Below, one piece after another: positions 1 through 8,385 of a stretch of DNA of 24,376 bases. Location of the stretch: contig CATPBQ010000102.1 of NCBI GenBank assembly GCA_955652795.1, positions 1 to 24,376 of the forward strand. The letters run 5' to 3'. A model generated the notes under the pieces. It saw nothing but the letters and a program-made list of their open reading frames with translations. It ran no database searches and was not told where the DNA came from. The stretch comes from an uncultured Steroidobacteraceae bacterium. GTDB taxonomy: Bacteria > Pseudomonadota > Gammaproteobacteria > Steroidobacterales > Steroidobacteraceae. Position 1 is the first letter of the stretch, and every line of letters starts with the position of its first letter. The position numbers were made by a program, and so were the translations under genes.

Positions 1-435
1 AACGGCCGCTACGGACCGTACATCACCGATCGCAAGAAGAACGCCAAGATACCGAAGGACCGCGACCCGAAGGCGCTCACGCTCGAGGAATGCCGCGCGC
101 TGCTCGCGGCCGCGCCGGAACGCGGCGCACGATTCGGACGCTGGGGCAACGCCAAGCGTGCCGCAACTCCCGCGCCTGCCGCCGCCGAGGGCGCGCCGGC
201 GGGCGCGGCCGAGGCGCCCGCGGCCGCGGGGAAAATCGGCAGCCGCCGGAAAAAGACCCCGCGGACGGCCGCTGCGCAGCCCGCGGCCGGCACCCCGGGC
301 CCGCAGGCGACGCGCGCCGGGCCGTCGGCGAGAGCCAAGGTCGCCGCCCGCACGGCGCGCAAGACGCGCGCGCGTGTCAAGGTTGCGGCCGCCGCACCCG
401 CGGCCCGCGCCGGCCGCGCGCGCCGCGTGAAGTAA
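1..435 (+). CDS. topA: DNA topoisomerase I, C-terminal end (partial, 5' truncated by window edge)
   Basis: Frame +1 is open from base 1 to TAA at 433-435. It reads NGRYGPYITDRKKNAKIPKDRDPKALTLEECRALLAAAPE, the TopA C-terminal repeat pattern, then an Ala/Arg/Lys-rich tail. Not in the ORF track because the start lies outside the window. Confidence 0.85.
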   Translation, partial: NGRYGPYITDRKKNAKIPKDRDPKALTLEECRALLAAAPERGARFGRWGNAKRAATPAPAAAEGAPAGAAEAPAAAGKIGSRRKKTPRTAAAQPAAGTPGPQATRAGPSARAKVAARTARKTRARVKVAAAAPAARAGRARRVK

Positions 436-442
436 CGCCGCT

Positions 443-1288
443 TCAGGCCCCCGCCAGAAACCTCTCAATCGCCGCGACGCACTCCGGCTCATCGAGCAGC
501 GGCGCGTGCCCGCGATTGGCGACCGTCAGGACCTCGAGGTCGGGCTTGGTGCGCTGCATGCGTTGCAGCGTCGCAGCGCTCAGGATGTCCGAGTGCGCGC
601 CGCGGATGGCAAGCGTCGGCACGTGCGCGAGCGCGCCCCAGAAGGGCCACAGATCCGGCGCGGCTGCCGAGGTGTTGCGCAGCGGCTCGCGTATCAGCGG
701 ATCGGCATCCACTTCCGGCACGCCCTGCGCGTTGGCGCGGTAACTCAGGCGCGCGATCTCATCCCAGCGCGCATCGCTCAGGTTGGGCCATGCGGATTCG
801 TAGTCGGCGCGGACCTGCGCGGCCGCCTCGGGCCAGCTGCGCACGGGAGCGGCTCGGCCGGCGTAGCCGCGGATGCGTTCGAGCCCTCGGGGATCCACTT
901 CGGGGCCGACGTCGTTGAGCACGATGCGTGACACGAGCTTCGGTTGCGTCGTCGCCAGCAGCATCGCCATGAGACCGCCCATGGAGGTGCCGATGATGCT
1001 CACCCGGGCGGCGCCCAGACCTGCCAGCAGCGTCAGTACGTCCTGCAGGTAGACCGGGATCTGGTAGTTGTTGAAATTCGGATCGCGCGCCGAAAAGCCG
1101 CGGCCGCGCACGTCGGGCACGATGACGCGGTAGCGCGCCGCCAGCCGCAGCGCCAGCTCGCCGAAGTCGCGGCTGTTGCGCATCAGTCCGTGCAGGCACA
1201 GCACCACCGGCGCATCCGCGGCGGCGGCGGCGTACACACGGCTGTAGAGCCTCAAGCCATCGTGGCTGTCGAACCAGTACTCGGCCAC
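443..1288 (-). CDS. Alpha/beta-fold hydrolase (esterase/lipase-like)
   Basis: HGL oxyanion motif (CLHGLMRN), nucleophile elbow GTSMGG, C-terminal RGHAP His. The start is probably GTG at 1288 (GAAAGGGG upstream) rather than the track start at 1321. Confidence 0.88.
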   Translation of the reverse strand: MAEYWFDSHDGLRLYSRVYAAAAADAPVVLCLHGLMRNSRDFGELALRLAARYRVIVPDVRGRGFSARDPNFNNYQIPVYLQDVLTLLAGLGAARVSIIGTSMGGLMAMLLATTQPKLVSRIVLNDVGPEVDPRGLERIRGYAGRAAPVRSWPEAAAQVRADYESAWPNLSDARWDEIARLSYRANAQGVPEVDADPLIREPLRNTSAAAPDLWPFWGALAHVPTLAIRGAHSDILSAATLQRMQRTKPDLEVLTVANRGHAPLLDEPECVAAIERFLAGA

Positions 1289-1370
1289 TGCGCGGCCCCT
1301 TTCATGCTTTAAGCTCGTCAAGCCTCCCAGGCCAAGTGATACATTTCATCAGTCCGGACAACCGCAGGCA

Positions 1371-2231
1371 ATGAAGTACCGCCACAGCTTCCACGCCGGC
1401 AACTTCGCGGACGTGCACAAGCACGTGACGCTGCTCGCGCTGCTGACGGCGCTGAAGAAGAAGGACAAGGGCTTGCTCTACCTCGACACCCACGCCGGCC
1501 GCGGCAGCTACGACCTGTCGAGCCCATCGCTTGAGGCGGCCGCCGGCATCGGGCGCTTCGCGAGCGCGCAGCACAGTGCGCCGGAGTTGCGCGAGTACGC
1601 GGCGCTGCTGGCGCAGTTTCGCGCCCGCCACGGGCAGCGGTATCTGTATCCGGGTTCGCCGCTGATCGCGGCGAGCGCGCTGCGGCCGCAGGATCGTGCG
1701 GTGCTCATCGAATTCCTGGGAGCGGAAGCGCACGCGCTGGAGGCGTCGCTCAGCGCTCTGGCGCAGGGGCGCAGCGATGCCCCGCGCAGCATGCGGGTCG
1801 AGCGTGGCGATGGCTTCGAGCGCTTGCGGGCCTGGTTGCCGCCGCCCGAGCGGCGCGGGCTCACCTTCATCGACCCGCCGTACGAGCAGACCCAGCAGGA
1901 CTTCGGGCACGTCACGGCCGCACTCGCCGAAGGATTGCGCCGCTTTCCCAGGGGCGTGTTCGCGGCCTGGTATCCGATCAAGGACGAGCGCCGCACCGCC
2001 ACCTGGCATGCCGCCTGCGCGCGCACCCTGCAGGCGCCGACGCTGGTGTGCGAGCTATGGCTGTATCCGCGTGATTCGCAGGTCGGGCTCAACGGCTCGG
2101 GAGTGCTGATCGCGAACCCGCCCTACCTCACGCTCGAGCGCCTGCAGGCCTGGCTGCCGGAGCTCAAGTCCTGCCTCGCGGTGGGGCTTTCCGCAGGCGC
2201 GAGCGCGCGGATGCTGTCACAATTGGGCTGA
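1371..2231 (+). CDS. rlmJ: 23S rRNA m6A2030 methyltransferase RlmJ
   Basis: N-terminal YRHSFHAGNFADVHKH, THAGRG, YPGSP, catalytic DPPY and WYPIK motifs. Confidence 0.93.
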   Translation: MKYRHSFHAGNFADVHKHVTLLALLTALKKKDKGLLYLDTHAGRGSYDLSSPSLEAAAGIGRFASAQHSAPELREYAALLAQFRARHGQRYLYPGSPLIAASALRPQDRAVLIEFLGAEAHALEASLSALAQGRSDAPRSMRVERGDGFERLRAWLPPPERRGLTFIDPPYEQTQQDFGHVTAALAEGLRRFPRGVFAAWYPIKDERRTATWHAACARTLQAPTLVCELWLYPRDSQVGLNGSGVLIANPPYLTLERLQAWLPELKSCLAVGLSAGASARMLSQLG

Positions 2232-3067
2232 TGCAGACCGCGCTGGATCAGTACGGGGTCGTCGGCCATCCGGTTGGTCACAGCCTCTCGCCGTTCATTC
2301 ACGGCATGTTTGCCCGCGACAGCGGTCAGAACATCAGCTATCGCCTGTACGACGTGGCCCCGGGTGAGTTTCACGCGCGCGTGCGCGAGTTCTTCGCGCA
2401 GGGCGGCCGGGGCCTGAACGTCACCCTGCCTCACAAGATCGCGGCCGTGGACGTGGCGCACGAGCTGACGCCCCGGGCCGCGCACGCCGCGGCGGTGAAC
2501 ACGCTCGCGGCGCGGGCCGAGGGCATCCTCGGGGACAACACCGACGGCGCCGGCCTGGTGCGCGACCTGTGCGACAACCTCGGTCTGGTCATTGCCCAGC
2601 GCCGCGTGCTCGTCATCGGCGCGGGCGGGGCGACCCGCGGAATCCTGGGCCCGCTGCTGGGGCTGGCACCGGAGCTGGTGGTGATCGCCAATCGCACACC
2701 GCAGCGTGCCAAGGCTCTCGCCAAGGCGTTTACCGACCTGGGCGCCGTCCAGGGCGTCGGTTTCGCACAGCTCGAGGCCGCGCCGTTCGACCTCATCGTC
2801 AATGCGACATCCGCAAGCCTCGCCGGCGACCTTCCGCCCTTCCCGCCAGCGGTCGTTGGTCCGCAGACGGTGTGCTACGACCTGGCCTACGGCAAGTCCG
2901 CGACCGCCTTCCTCGAGTGGGCCACGCGGCAGGGGTGCGCGCGGGCGCTGCAGGGCTGGGGCATGCTGGTGGAGCAGGCCGCGGAGTCGTTTCGTCTGTG
3001 GCGCGGCGTGCGTCCCGCGACCGCGCACGTGCTGGCCGCACTCAAGGAGCGTGGCGGGAGCGCCTGA
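2231..3067 (+). CDS. aroE: Shikimate dehydrogenase
   Basis: HSLSPFIH, NVTLPHK, NTDGAG, GAGGA, NATS and MLVEQAAESF motifs. TGATG stop/start overlap with rlmJ. Confidence 0.95.
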   Translation: MQTALDQYGVVGHPVGHSLSPFIHGMFARDSGQNISYRLYDVAPGEFHARVREFFAQGGRGLNVTLPHKIAAVDVAHELTPRAAHAAAVNTLAARAEGILGDNTDGAGLVRDLCDNLGLVIAQRRVLVIGAGGATRGILGPLLGLAPELVVIANRTPQRAKALAKAFTDLGAVQGVGFAQLEAAPFDLIVNATSASLAGDLPPFPPAVVGPQTVCYDLAYGKSATAFLEWATRQGCARALQGWGMLVEQAAESFRLWRGVRPATAHVLAALKERGGSA

Positions 3068-3071
3068 GTGT

Positions 3072-4424
3072 TCAGCGCATGGTGACGAATTCTTCCGCAG
3101 AGGTCGGATGGATCGCCACCGTGTCATCGAAGTCCTTCTTGGTCGCCCCCATGCGCACCGCGACCGCAAACCCCTGCAGCATCTCGTCCGCGCCCGCTCC
3201 CACGACGTGCAGGCCGACGATGCGCTGCTCCGGGCCTGTGGTCACGAGCTTCATGTTACAGCGCGGCTTCGCCGTGGTGAGGGCGTGATAGAGGGGCACG
3301 AAGCTGGATCTGAACACCGTGATGTTGGCGGCACCGTAGCGCTCGCGGGCCGCCTTTTCCGTGAGCCCAACGGTGCCGATCGGCGGACGGCCGAAAATCA
3401 CCGTTGGAATGTTCTCGTAGTCCAGGTGCCGGTCGCCCTGCCCGCCAAACAGCCGGTCTGACAGCCGCCGGCCTGCCGCGATCGCCACCGGCGTGAGCTG
3501 CGCGCGCCCCGCCACATCCCCGATGGCATAAATGCCCTGCGCGCTGCTCGCCTGATAGCTGTCGGTGGCGATGAAGCCCTGGATATCGAGCGCCACGCCG
3601 GCCTTGCCAAGCGCGAGGTCCTCTACCGCCGCCACACGTCCGATGGCCCAGAGCACGCAATCGAACGGGCCCAGACGCCTGCCGTCGCGCGCGGCGAGCT
3701 CGAGCGCGCCGTCGGCGCCGCGGGCCAGCGCCGCAGGTGAGGCGTGCATGACGATGTCCACGCCCTCGTCGCGCAGCATGGTGAGCGTCACCTCTCCGAG
3801 CATGTCGTCGAAAGTGTTCAGCGCCGTGTCGCCGCGCAGCACCAGGGTGGTGTCGGCCCCGAGAGCGGCGAAAATGCCGGTGAGCTCGACGGCGATATAA
3901 CTGCTGCCCACGACCGCGACACGCTGCGGACGCTTGGTGAGCTCGAAGAATCCATCCGAGGTGATGCCGAGCTCGGCACCGGGAATCAGCGGCCGGTGCG
4001 CTCGCCCGCCGGTGGCGATGATGATGTGCTCGGCCGCGAGGCGACGCCCGGCGGCAGTGACAGCGTGCGCATCGACAAAGCTCGCCCGGGCGCGCAGCAG
4101 CTCGATCTTGTGCCGCGCCAGGTTGGCGGCGTACAGGTCGTTCAGCCGCAGGATGTAAGCGTCGCGCTTCTGCTTCAGCAGCGCCCAGTCGTGCCCCGCG
4201 ACCTCCAGCCGGAAACCGTAGTCCGTGGCATCGTGCAGCGTCCCGCCCAGATCGGCCGCGTTCCAGGTGATTTTCTTCGGCACGCAGCCGGCGTTGACGC
4301 AGGTGCCCCCGAGGCGGCCGGATTCCACCAGCGCCACGCGGGCGCCATATTCGGCCGCGCGTTGGGCTGCGGCCAGCCCGCCGCTGCCGCCGCCGATCAC
4401 CACCAGGTCGAATTTGTCGCTCAT
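3072..4424 (-). CDS. gor: Glutathione-disulfide reductase
   Basis: GGGSGG FAD motif, redox disulfide [10 protein letters not shown]-terminal [12 protein letters not shown]; 450 aa. Confidence 0.95.
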   Translation of the reverse strand: MSDKFDLVVIGGGSGGLAAAQRAAEYGARVALVESGRLGGTCVNAGCVPKKITWNAADLGGTLHDATDYGFRLEVAGHDWALLKQKRDAYILRLNDLYAANLARHKIELLRARASFVDAHAVTAAGRRLAAEHIIIATGGRAHRPLIPGAELGITSDGFFELTKRPQRVAVVGSSYIAVELTGIFAALGADTTLVLRGDTALNTFDDMLGEVTLTMLRDEGVDIVMHASPAALARGADGALELAARDGRRLGPFDCVLWAIGRVAAVEDLALGKAGVALDIQGFIATDSYQASSAQGIYAIGDVAGRAQLTPVAIAAGRRLSDRLFGGQGDRHLDYENIPTVIFGRPPIGTVGLTEKAARERYGAANITVFRSSFVPLYHALTTAKPRCNMKLVTTGPEQRIVGLHVVGAGADEMLQGFAVAVRMGATKKDFDDTVAIHPTSAEEFVTMR

Positions 4425-4549
4425 ACACCCTCGAGCGCTCGCGTGAACACCATGTTATATGAGGATGCGGGACTGCGGTTCCATCCCCGTTACGCCGGGC
4501 GCTACCGAAGGCCGCTACAATGGCGCTGAAGTTCACGCCACGAGAGCGC

Positions 4550-6586
4550 ATGGAAAACCCCCTCCTGGGCCAGGAACCCCTGCCGCAGTTCCTGCGGATC
4601 CGTCCCGAGCACGTCGAACCGGCGGTGCGGGAAGTGCTGACGCAGAACCGCGCGCGCATCGAGGAACTCGCCTCGCTCCCGATACCCACCTTCGCGACGC
4701 TGATCGAGCCGCTGGAGGAGCTGCAGCACCGCGTTTCGCGCACCTGGTCGCCGGTGAGTCACCTGAATGCGGTGCTGAATTCCGATGCGCTGCGCACCGG
4801 TTACAACGCCTGCCTGCCGCTGCTGTCCGCCTACCAGACCGACCTGGCGCAGAGCGAACCGCTGTTCCAGGCCTATCGCACCATCGCCGACCAGGAGCGC
4901 GCCGCACTCGCCCCGGTGCAGCGCCAGGTGATCGAGCATGCGATGCGCGACTTCCGCCTCGCCGGGGTGGGTCTGCCGGCCGAACGCAAGGCGCGCTTCA
5001 AGTCCGCGATGCTCGAGCTCACGCAGCTGCAGGCAAAGTTCGAAGAGAACGTGCTGGATGCCACCAACGCCTGGACCTGGCAGGTCGCGGATCCGCAGCA
5101 GCTGCGCGGACTGAACGACATGATCATCGAGCAGGCGCGGCGCCGGGCGTACGAGCGCGGCGTGGCGGGCTGGATCCTCACCCTCGACCAGCCGACCTAC
5201 GTTGCGGTGCTCACCGACGCCGAGTCCGAAACTCTGCGCCGCGCCTTCTACGAGGCGTGGATGACGCGCGCCTCGGATTGCGGTCCGGGCGCCGGCCGCT
5301 GGGACAACTCGGCGGTGATGGAGGACATCCTGCGCCGGCGCCACGAGGCGGCGCGGCTGCTGGATTTTCGCGATTATGCGCAGTACGCGCTCGCGACCCG
5401 CATGGCGCACAGCGTCGAGGAAGTGCTGCAGTTCCTGCACGAGCTCGCGCGCGCGGCGCGCCCCGCGGCGCTGGCGGAATTCGCCGAGCTCGAAGCGTTC
5501 GCCGGCCGCAAGCTCGCCGCCTGGGACCTCGGCTTCTATGCCGAGCGGCTGCAGCGTGAGCGTTTCTCGGTGTCCCAGGAGGAACTGCGACCGTACTTCC
5601 CGCTGCCGCGGGTGCTCACCGGGCTGTTCGAGGTCGCCGAGCGGCTGTTCGGCGTGAGCATCCGCGAGCGCGCCGGTGCGCCGCTGTGGCACCCGGACGT
5701 GCGCTTCTTCGACATCACCGGCGGCGCCGGCGAGGCGGTCGGCAGCTTTTATCTGGACGCCTACGCGCGCCCCAACAAGCGCAGTGGCGCGTGGATGGAC
5801 GAGTGCGTCGGCCGCAAGCACCTGCGGACCGGGGCGGCGCTGCCGGTTGCCTACCTGGTGTGCAATTTCCTGCCGCCCGCACGCGCGCGGCCCGCGCTGC
5901 TCACCCACGATGACGTGCTCACCCTGTTCCACGAGTTCGGCCACGGCCTGCACCATCTGCTGACACGCGTCGACTATCCGAGCCTCGCCGGCATCAACGG
6001 CGTGGCCTGGGACGCGGTGGAGCTGCCGAGCCAGTTCCTGGAGAACTACGCCTGGCACCCGCAGGTTCTGCAGCGCATCTCCGGGCACTTCGACGGCGGC
6101 GCGCCGCTGCCGGCGCAAACACAGTCGCGGCTGATCGCCACGCGCAGCTTCCACGCGGGGCTGCAGATGATGCGGCAGCTGGAATTCGCACTGTTCGATT
6201 TCCGCATCCACACCGAGTATTCGCCCGAGCGCGGCGGGCGGGTGCTGCAGATCCTGCGCGAGGTCAGGGGCGAGGTCGCCGTCGTGCCGGTGCCGGAGTG
6301 GAACCGCTTTCCGAACAGCTTCGGCCACATTTTCGCCGGCGGGTACGCCGCCGGCTATTACAGCTACAAGTGGGCGGAGGTGTTGGCGGCGGATGCCTTT
6401 GCCGCGTTCGAGGAAAGCGGCGTGTTCGACCGGCCGACTGCACAGCGCTTTCTGGACACGATCCTCAGCCGCGGTGGCAGCCGTGACGCCCTCGAGGCGT
6501 TCATCGAGTTTCGCGGCCGCCGGCCGGACGTGGCGGCGCTGCTGAAGCAGCACGGCATTCTTGCCGCGGGCGAGCACGCCGCGTGA
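4550..6586 (+). CDS. prlC: Oligopeptidase A (M3 metallopeptidase)
   Basis: HEFGH zinc motif, WDAVELPSQFLEN, GGYAAGYYSYKWAEVL. The start is likely ATG 4550 (MENPLL, GAGAG upstream); the track starts at 4520. Confidence 0.93.
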   Translation: MENPLLGQEPLPQFLRIRPEHVEPAVREVLTQNRARIEELASLPIPTFATLIEPLEELQHRVSRTWSPVSHLNAVLNSDALRTGYNACLPLLSAYQTDLAQSEPLFQAYRTIADQERAALAPVQRQVIEHAMRDFRLAGVGLPAERKARFKSAMLELTQLQAKFEENVLDATNAWTWQVADPQQLRGLNDMIIEQARRRAYERGVAGWILTLDQPTYVAVLTDAESETLRRAFYEAWMTRASDCGPGAGRWDNSAVMEDILRRRHEAARLLDFRDYAQYALATRMAHSVEEVLQFLHELARAARPAALAEFAELEAFAGRKLAAWDLGFYAERLQRERFSVSQEELRPYFPLPRVLTGLFEVAERLFGVSIRERAGAPLWHPDVRFFDITGGAGEAVGSFYLDAYARPNKRSGAWMDECVGRKHLRTGAALPVAYLVCNFLPPARARPALLTHDDVLTLFHEFGHGLHHLLTRVDYPSLAGINGVAWDAVELPSQFLENYAWHPQVLQRISGHFDGGAPLPAQTQSRLIATRSFHAGLQMMRQLEFALFDFRIHTEYSPERGGRVLQILREVRGEVAVVPVPEWNRFPNSFGHIFAGGYAAGYYSYKWAEVLAADAFAAFEESGVFDRPTAQRFLDTILSRGGSRDALEAFIEFRGRRPDVAALLKQHGILAAGEHAA

Positions 6587-7176
6587 CGCCGAAGCCCAGC
6601 GCGCCGCGGCTGCCGGCACCGTTGCTGCTGCTGTGCGCCCTGGCCACGCCGGCAGCGCGCGCCGAAACCCTGTACGTCGTCGAGCAACTGGTCGTCAACG
6701 TGAACAGCGCCCCGGACGCGAGCGCTGAGCGCATCGCCACGGTGAAGAGCGGCGATCGCCTGGAAGTCATCGAGCGGGTGCGCGATGAGGTCCACGTACG
6801 GCTCACCGGCGGCAAGGATGGCTGGGTCAGGGCGAGCTACCTGTCGGCGGACGAGCCGCTGCGGCCGCGGCTCGCGGAACGCACCGCGGAAGTGGCGCGG
6901 CTCAAGGAGGATGTGAGCCGCCTGCAGGCGCAGCTCGACACCGCACGCACCCCTGCCTCAGCGTCCGCGCCCCCGGCGCCCGCGCTCTCCGTAGAGGACC
7001 CCGCCGGAGCGCCGCAGGGGGGGCTGTTTGCCAGCGCGGCGCCGGAGCATCCCCGGCACGTGTGGCCGTGGGCGCTCGGTGCGGCGCTGCTGGCCCTGTG
7101 CATCGGGTTTGCGCTCGGAGCCCTGGTGCTCGACCGGCACATCCGCCGCAAGTATGGCGGCCTGCGCATCTACTAG
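6583..7176 (+). CDS. SH3-domain protein with signal peptide, coiled coil and C-terminal TM anchor (YgiM/HtrG-like)
   Basis: Signal peptide ending ARA-E, SH3b-like segment (SGDRLEVIE...GKDGWV), coiled-coil stretch, C-terminal hydrophobic helix followed by RHIRRKYGG. GTGA overlap with the prlC stop. Confidence 0.75.
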   Translation: MTPKPSAPRLPAPLLLLCALATPAARAETLYVVEQLVVNVNSAPDASAERIATVKSGDRLEVIERVRDEVHVRLTGGKDGWVRASYLSADEPLRPRLAERTAEVARLKEDVSRLQAQLDTARTPASASAPPAPALSVEDPAGAPQGGLFASAAPEHPRHVWPWALGAALLALCIGFALGALVLDRHIRRKYGGLRIY

Positions 7177-7189
7177 CTTAGCTAAGCTA
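7174..7189. repeat. Perfect 16-bp palindrome TAGCTTAGCTAAGCTA
   Basis: Self-reverse-complementary; begins at the SH3 gene TAG stop; built from 5-bp (T/A)AGCT units. Confidence 0.85.
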
Positions 7190-7347
7190 AGCGAGTTGCG
7201 TGGCGCGCAGCAGGCCGGCAGGAATCCAAAGTGTGCGCCGTTTCGCTGTGCCTGGACGCTGGAACTGCCTAGACTGGGCTTCAACGCACCGGTCAGGCCA
7301 GTCAGGGGACGGGGCCGGCCTGCGCGTATCTTCAGCCTCCATCGACC

Positions 7348-8352
7348 ATGACCAGTACCCGGCGCAGCGATTTTGACGTTACCAACAGCGTGCAGGTGAG
7401 CTCACCCGCGGCGGTGCTCGCCGCGGTCGAGGCGCTCTACCGGCCGACGTGGCCGGGGCTGTCCATGGACCCGCTGGCGCGCGCCTTCGAGCATTTCGAA
7501 CGCCTGTTCGCCGGCAAGATTGCCGGATACCACGGCGTCGACACCGTCTACCACGACCGGCAACACACGCTCGACATAACTCTGGCGCTCGCGCGCCTGC
7601 TCGTGGGCTATGAACGGCAGCAGGACGAGGCCACCCGCCTGGGGGGCGCGCGCGCCCTGGTCGGCCTGGTGACCGGCCTGTTTCACGACGTGGGCTATCT
7701 GCGCCGCACCGACGAGCGCGACTCGCGCAACGGCGCCGAGTTCACCCGCACGCACGTGTCGCGCGGCGCGCGCTTCCTGGAAGCTTACCTGCCGGTGCTG
7801 GGCTTCGGGGCCTGGGTGCCGGTGGCATCGGAGATCATCCACTTCACCGGTTACGAAGTGCCGTTCACGCGCATCGAGGAGACGGTCTCCGATCCGCGTG
7901 ACATAACGGTCGGCCACCTGCTCGGCACGGCGGACATGATCGCCCAGATGGCCGACCGCTGTTACCTGGAGAAATGCCGTGACCGGCTGTATGCCGAGTT
8001 CGTGCTCGGCGGCGTCGCCCTGCCCTTCAGCCAGGGCAACCCCCAGGTGAAGTACGCCTCGGGGCTGGATCTGCTGCGCCAGACGCCGGAGTTCGTGGCG
8101 GAGGTGCGCAGCAAGCGACTCGATGGGGATTTCCATGCAGCCTACCGCTACCTGGAAATCCTCTACGGCGGCGGCAACCCCTACATGGAAGCCATCGAGC
8201 GCAACATCGAGTACCTGCGCCAGGTCCTGCGCAGCGAGAGTTGGCAGCTGCTGCGGCGCCGGCCGCCCATTTTCGCGGCCACCACCGATCCCATGGCCAC
8301 GATGCGCGGCCTGATGCTCGGGCATATAAAGAGAGTCTGGTCCGGCAACTAG
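7348..8352 (+). CDS. HD-superfamily metal-dependent phosphohydrolase
   Basis: YHDRQH (from 7549), FHDVGY (from 7681) and distal TADMIAQMA. No canonical HD-GYP HHE...GYP motif. Confidence 0.78.
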   Translation: MTSTRRSDFDVTNSVQVSSPAAVLAAVEALYRPTWPGLSMDPLARAFEHFERLFAGKIAGYHGVDTVYHDRQHTLDITLALARLLVGYERQQDEATRLGGARALVGLVTGLFHDVGYLRRTDERDSRNGAEFTRTHVSRGARFLEAYLPVLGFGAWVPVASEIIHFTGYEVPFTRIEETVSDPRDITVGHLLGTADMIAQMADRCYLEKCRDRLYAEFVLGGVALPFSQGNPQVKYASGLDLLRQTPEFVAEVRSKRLDGDFHAAYRYLEILYGGGNPYMEAIERNIEYLRQVLRSESWQLLRRRPPIFAATTDPMATMRGLMLGHIKRVWSGN

Positions 8353-8385
8353 GCGCCTAGCCTTAAGTCCCAGGCGGCGGTTAAT

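Noticed and set aside
4425-4549. OxyR box or sigma32/ECF promoter in the gor-prlC gap (GGAACC-N17-TATAAC on minus; TACAAT on plus)
   Set aside because: No ATAG-N7-CTAT periodicity and no CTTGAA/CCCCAT pair; the hexamers mix different sigma classes and are too weak to call.
4502-6619. 705-aa minus-strand ORF opposite prlC
   Set aside because: Antisense shadow of a GC-rich gene; no recognisable motifs or RBS.
7200-7347. c-di-GMP riboswitch, sigma54 or sigmaE promoter upstream of the HD/GGDEF-EAL genes
   Set aside because: No GEMM core or GG-N10-GC element that I could place; GGAACT to TCAAC spacing is 14, too short.
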